Source: Candidatus Gastranaerophilales bacterium
Lineage (GTDB): Bacteria > Cyanobacteriota > Vampirovibrionia > Gastranaerophilales > Gastranaerophilaceae
Assembly (NCBI GenBank): GCA_947589115.1
Contig: CANPZP010000003.1
Coordinates: forward strand, 355-64,354
Length of the DNA stretch: 64,000 nucleotides
Reading direction: 5' to 3'
Below, one piece after another: positions 60,447-64,000 of this stretch. Position 1 is the stretch's first letter. The number at the start of each line of letters is the position of its first letter. Both the position numbers and the translations under genes were made by a program. The notes beneath the pieces are model-generated. The model was not told the DNA's origin and searched no databases. It was given only the letters and a program-made list of their open reading frames with translations.

Positions 60447-61738
60447 TTATCCGCACCTTTCGAGCTGTATAAAATGCTGCACAGATTTAAGCAGCCTTCT
60501 TTTGCCTGAGTTAATACTTTTTGTTTAAATTCTTTTAACTCATCCTCGCTATAATGACAATCAGGCATTAATTTACTTAGTTCATTTTCCAGATTATTAT
60601 ATATACCATTCATAATTTCGTCATTGTTAGAGAGTTTATATATTTCTTTGGATATTCCGTCATCATTAAGCAGTAATTCCTCATCCGCCAAAGGAGATAA
60701 ATTATTGGTAAATTTTGAAATAATAACTTCATCATTAAATTTATCATTTATATTTTGTACGGCAGCCTCAAAGAAATCATCATTTATATCCTCCGTAAAA
60801 GTTATTCTGCCGTTCAGAATTATATTTAACAGTGATAATTTAACATTATTCTCCCTTTTATATTCATAAATTTGATTTAATATTAAATCCAAAGCCGAAG
60901 TATCATCTTCAATATCATTTAAATTAACATAAATATCGTCATATCTAATCTCGTCACAAGGAATAAAATTATTTTCAATAATTGTTTTATTTTCGGTTTT
61001 GATGTATCTAATCCCGTGAGCGCCTGATTCTTTAATATTTCTGCCCTGAATTGTACCCGAATAAACAATATTATTTTCCTTAATCATCGGAACATGAATA
61101 TGACCCAATGCCCAATAATCATAATTTAAAGCTTTTAATTCCGATTCGGATACTGGAGCATAAGGGTTGAGTTTATCGGAATTTAGTTCACAATGAAGCA
61201 TTCCTATATGAAATAAGTTTTTATCATTCTGATTTATATAATCAAAATATTTAATCGGATTCCCGTTAAAAATTTTGTCTTGGTAACTTAAAGCATGTAT
61301 TATACCTTCTTTTTCCCCGTTTCTGTTAATAATTTCAAATTTTTCAGAAATATCAGAGTTTAAACCGACAATATTAATGCCTGAATTTTTATCAAAATTA
61401 AAAGTATTTTTATTAAAAGAAGTTAATGGGTCATGATTACCGCAGATTAAAAAAACTTTTATATTGTTATCTTTAAGCCTGTTTAATCCTTCTTTCAGAA
61501 TTAATTTAGAATTAAAATCCTGCTCGGAGGAATCAAAAGTATCTCCCGAAATAAGAACAAAATCAACTTCTTTTTCAACAGCAATATTTATTGCGTTAAA
61601 AAAAGAATTTTTTACTGCCGATTTAAAAATTTCAATTTTATCATTTTTAAGTGAAAATTTTGATAAATCCGAAAAAGTTCTTCCCAAATGGATATCCGAC
61701 ATATGAATAAAAGAGAACCCCAATATTCTTTTCCCCAA
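60443..61738 (-). CDS. Mre11/SbcD-like metallophosphoesterase (YhaO/SbcF-like)
   Basis: FIHMSDIHLG, SGDTFD, GNHD and GHIH motifs; 4-nt overlap with the ATPase gene. Confidence 0.8.
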   Translation of the reverse strand: MGKRILGFSFIHMSDIHLGRTFSDLSKFSLKNDKIEIFKSAVKNSFFNAINIAVEKEVDFVLISGDTFDSSEQDFNSKLILKEGLNRLKDNNIKVFLICGNHDPLTSFNKNTFNFDKNSGINIVGLNSDISEKFEIINRNGEKEGIIHALSYQDKIFNGNPIKYFDYINQNDKNLFHIGMLHCELNSDKLNPYAPVSESELKALNYDYWALGHIHVPMIKENNIVYSGTIQGRNIKESGAHGIRYIKTENKTIIENNFIPCDEIRYDDIYVNLNDIEDDTSALDLILNQIYEYKRENNVKLSLLNIILNGRITFTEDINDDFFEAAVQNINDKFNDEVIISKFTNNLSPLADEELLLNDDGISKEIYKLSNNDEIMNGIYNNLENELSKLMPDCHYSEDELKEFKQKVLTQAKEGCLNLCSILYSSKGADK

Positions 61739-61804
61739 TCACTTTTGTAACTATAAATATAGTATTACAAATAAAAGCAAAAGGAAAGAAATCAAAATAA
61801 AAAT

Positions 61805-63343
61805 TTAAATATTTGAACGATACTGAACAGCTTGAGCTACGTGTTTTAATTGAATATTTTCACTATTATCCAAATCAGCAATCGTTCTGGTTAATTTTAA
61901 CAATCTGTCATAAGCTCTTGCCGAGAGATTAAATTTTTTAACGGCTTCTTTAAGCAATGAAATACCGGCTTCATCCAATTTACAGTATTTTTTTATTAAT
62001 TTCGGAGTTAATTCTGAATTGGTATAAATTCCAAGCCCTTTATATCTTTCAAGTTGAATATTTCTGGCATTAATAACCCTTTGACGAATTTGTTCCGAGG
62101 TTTCATTTTTATCGGAAGCCTGCTCCATTAATTCATTAAGCTTTAATCTCGGAACATCAATAACAATATCAATTCTGTCCAGTAAAGGCCCTGAAAGCTT
62201 AGAACGATACTGTTTTATTTGAAATTCAGAGCATGTACATTGTTTTTCACTGTCACCTAAATAACCGCAAGGACAAGGATTCATAGCCGCAAGCAGAATA
62301 AAATCACAAGGAAATTCAAGCCTCATTTTTGCTCTTGCTATAACGATTTTACCGTCCTCAAGCGGCTGACGCATAACTTCAAGAACATTTCTGGGAAATT
62401 CAACAAATTCATCCAAAAATAGAACTCCTCTATGAGCAAGAGTTATTTCTCCCGGAGTCGGATTTGTTCCTCCGCCTATTATTCCGACGGCAGAAGCAGT
62501 ATGATGCACACTTCTGAAGGGACGTTGAGTAATTAACGGATTTTCCGGATTTAACATTGAACTTATACTGTATATTTTAGTAAGCTCTATAGATTCCTCA
62601 AACGTTAAGGGAGGCAGAATAGAGGGAAAACATTTTGCAAGTAAAGTTTTACCCGAGCCTGGAGGCCCTGACATTAAGAGATTATGAGCACCTGCCGCAG
62701 CAATTTCCATTGCTTTTTTTGCTTTTAATTGACCTTTGACATCCTTGAAATCATATGGATATTTAATAATTTTATTTTTACTATATTCATCAATATCAGA
62801 TTTCACAGGTTTAATTTCAACATGCTCAGGAGAGTTAACATTAAAGTGATTAACAACTTCGACCAGATTTTTTACACCAATAACTTTAAGCCCCGAAATA
62901 ATAGCAGCTTCTTTTGCATTATCAAAAGGAACAATTAAAGTTTTAATCCCGTGTTCTAAAAGTCCGGCAGCAATAGGAAGCACACCGCAAACACTTCTTA
63001 TAGAGCCATCCAGCGAAAGTTCACCTATAAAAGCCGTATCCTTAAATTCATTTTTTTCAATTACGCCTGTTTTGGCTAAAATACCAACAGCAATCGGCAA
63101 ATCATAATAACTTCCCACTTTTTTAATATCTGCAGGTGCTAAATTAACTACAATTTTCTTATTCGGAAACTCATATCCAGAATTTTTTATTGCAGAACGA
63201 ACTCTTTCCTTTGCCTCACTTATTGCCGTATCAGGTAATCCGACAATAGCTACGTTTGGCAGAGAATTATTTAAATCTACCTCGACATAAACTTTATATA
63301 CATTTAATCCTATAACACTCGCAGTTAAAATTTGTGATATCAC
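61805..63343 (-). CDS. comM: Mg-chelatase-like ATPase YifB/ComM
   Basis: N-terminal Lon-protease-like domain, Walker A GPPGSGKT, LFLDE, and the Cys motif NPCPCGY.....C.C. Confidence 0.9.
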   Translation of the reverse strand: MISQILTASVIGLNVYKVYVEVDLNNSLPNVAIVGLPDTAISEAKERVRSAIKNSGYEFPNKKIVVNLAPADIKKVGSYYDLPIAVGILAKTGVIEKNEFKDTAFIGELSLDGSIRSVCGVLPIAAGLLEHGIKTLIVPFDNAKEAAIISGLKVIGVKNLVEVVNHFNVNSPEHVEIKPVKSDIDEYSKNKIIKYPYDFKDVKGQLKAKKAMEIAAAGAHNLLMSGPPGSGKTLLAKCFPSILPPLTFEESIELTKIYSISSMLNPENPLITQRPFRSVHHTASAVGIIGGGTNPTPGEITLAHRGVLFLDEFVEFPRNVLEVMRQPLEDGKIVIARAKMRLEFPCDFILLAAMNPCPCGYLGDSEKQCTCSEFQIKQYRSKLSGPLLDRIDIVIDVPRLKLNELMEQASDKNETSEQIRQRVINARNIQLERYKGLGIYTNSELTPKLIKKYCKLDEAGISLLKEAVKKFNLSARAYDRLLKLTRTIADLDNSENIQLKHVAQAVQYRSNI

Positions 63344-63414
63344 AACTTAATTCACCCATATATGATTCGGTTTTAAACTAAGTATATCATCACAGTATAT
63401 ATGCTATCAAGTTT

Positions 63415-63549
63415 TTAATTTGCTAATTTTTTTTCGGTTTCTTCAATTTTTGTCAAAATTGTATCCATCTGATTTTTAAACCAAGAAATAAATAATTTAA
63501 TATCTTCTTTAAAGCTGTATGCACCCGGCCATACCCAATTGTAATACAT
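63415..63549 (-). CDS. Possible 44-aa small protein upstream of comM
   Basis: Manual translation gives MYYNWVWPGAYSFKEDIKLFISWFKNQMDTILTKIEETEKKLAN*; AAAGAAAGGG lies upstream. It is below the ORF-track size cut-off. Confidence 0.25.
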   Translation of the reverse strand: MYYNWVWPGAYSFKEDIKLFISWFKNQMDTILTKIEETEKKLAN

Positions 63550-63897
63550 AAATAACCCTTTCTTTTACTATCCTGTATTATGTATCGGCACAAATAAAAA
63601 AAACTTTAATTTTTCAGAAAAAAAAGGATATAAAAAAACACTTTGTAACAAATTTTAAACAATATAAAATATTATACACGTCAAAAAATTTTATTATATA
63701 ATGATTATATCTTAGATTCACTTAATAAAAGAGATTGTAAAGAATAAAAAATCCGAGTGGTAAGATATCCAAAAATATTGTAAAGAAAAAGATATAAAAA
63801 AATATTTTTTTTAAAATTAATAGCAACTTTTATTTTTAGGTGATTTAAAGAGAATACAAAAGTAAAGTAAGCATGAATAACATAAAGGAAGAATGAC

Positions 63898-64000
63898 ATG
63901 AAAAAACTTTTAAGCACAACATTAGCAGTAAGTATTTTCGCATCATTAAATTTAGCACCGGTACTTGCAGCGGTAACAGACATACCGTTTAATCAGCTGC
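63898..64000 (+). CDS. Secreted protein, N-terminal fragment (runs off window)
   Basis: MKKLLSTTLAVSIFASLNLAPVLAAVTDIPFNQL is a Sec signal with an A-x-A site; AAGGAAG RBS. Confidence 0.5.
   Translation, partial: MKKLLSTTLAVSIFASLNLAPVLAAVTDIPFNQL

Noticed and set aside
63705-63983. 92-aa minus-strand ORF at the window end.
   Set aside because: It overlaps the start of a plus-strand gene that has an RBS and a textbook Sec signal peptide. Its translation is a low-complexity AT-rich artefact.
1-64000. Searched by eye for CRISPR arrays, transposases/IS ends, integrases, reverse transcriptases, toxin-antitoxin pairs and restriction-modification genes.
   Set aside because: None were seen. The only HTH regulator (47867-48088) has no adjacent toxin-like or peptidase partner.

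Overview
AT-rich, densely coded bacterial chromosome segment with about 60 protein genes and 3 tRNAs. I saw no rRNA, no CRISPR array and no intact mobile element. Most of it is housekeeping: holA (partial), glk, a 4-subunit 2-oxoacid:ferredoxin oxidoreductase, a dnaQ-like exonuclease, gatC, pyrG, glyQ, an APC permease, class I fumarase, rsmE, cca, pilT, recO, deoC, hom-thrC-pflA, an SNF2 helicase, udk-like, nadD-yqeK, tspO, a ycf45-like R3H ATPase, fusA, rpsT, rpoZ-like, an MDR dehydrogenase, gltD-like, dapL, a yhaO/yhaN-like nuclease/ATPase pair and comM. The gene content suggests a non-photosynthetic relative of cyanobacteria (Melainabacteria/Vampirovibrionia-like). The supporting genes are DapL, the Ycf45-like R3H ATPase, an omega subunit with a cyanobacterial-type C-terminus, glyQ not linked to glyS, and a pseudopilin with FTLAEVLITL. 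This placement is inference only. Candidates worth follow-up: (1) A G9 homopolymer separates a prepilin-type gene from its own RBS/ATG, which could be a phase-variation switch or an assembly error. (2) A tightly coupled 4-gene minus-strand operon (22771-28331) holds two paralogous large membrane proteins of unknown family, a GlgE-like GH13 enzyme with a Q/N-rich leader, and a small single-pass protein. (3) An accessory island on the 3' side of tRNA-Pro (12.2-16.3 kb) holds a decayed GH24 lysozyme gene, further lysozyme-like relics, and a 507-bp tandem duplication whose non-coding 5' parts are far more conserved than the small exported proteins it encodes. (4) An SNF2 helicase is apparently co-transcribed with two paralogous membrane proteins. 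(5) An SMC-like ATPase has a membrane hairpin at its coiled-coil apex. (6) At least 9 unrelated hypothetical proteins that lack Sec signals share a loose N-terminal motif. All functional calls come from by-eye motif recognition; no searches were run.
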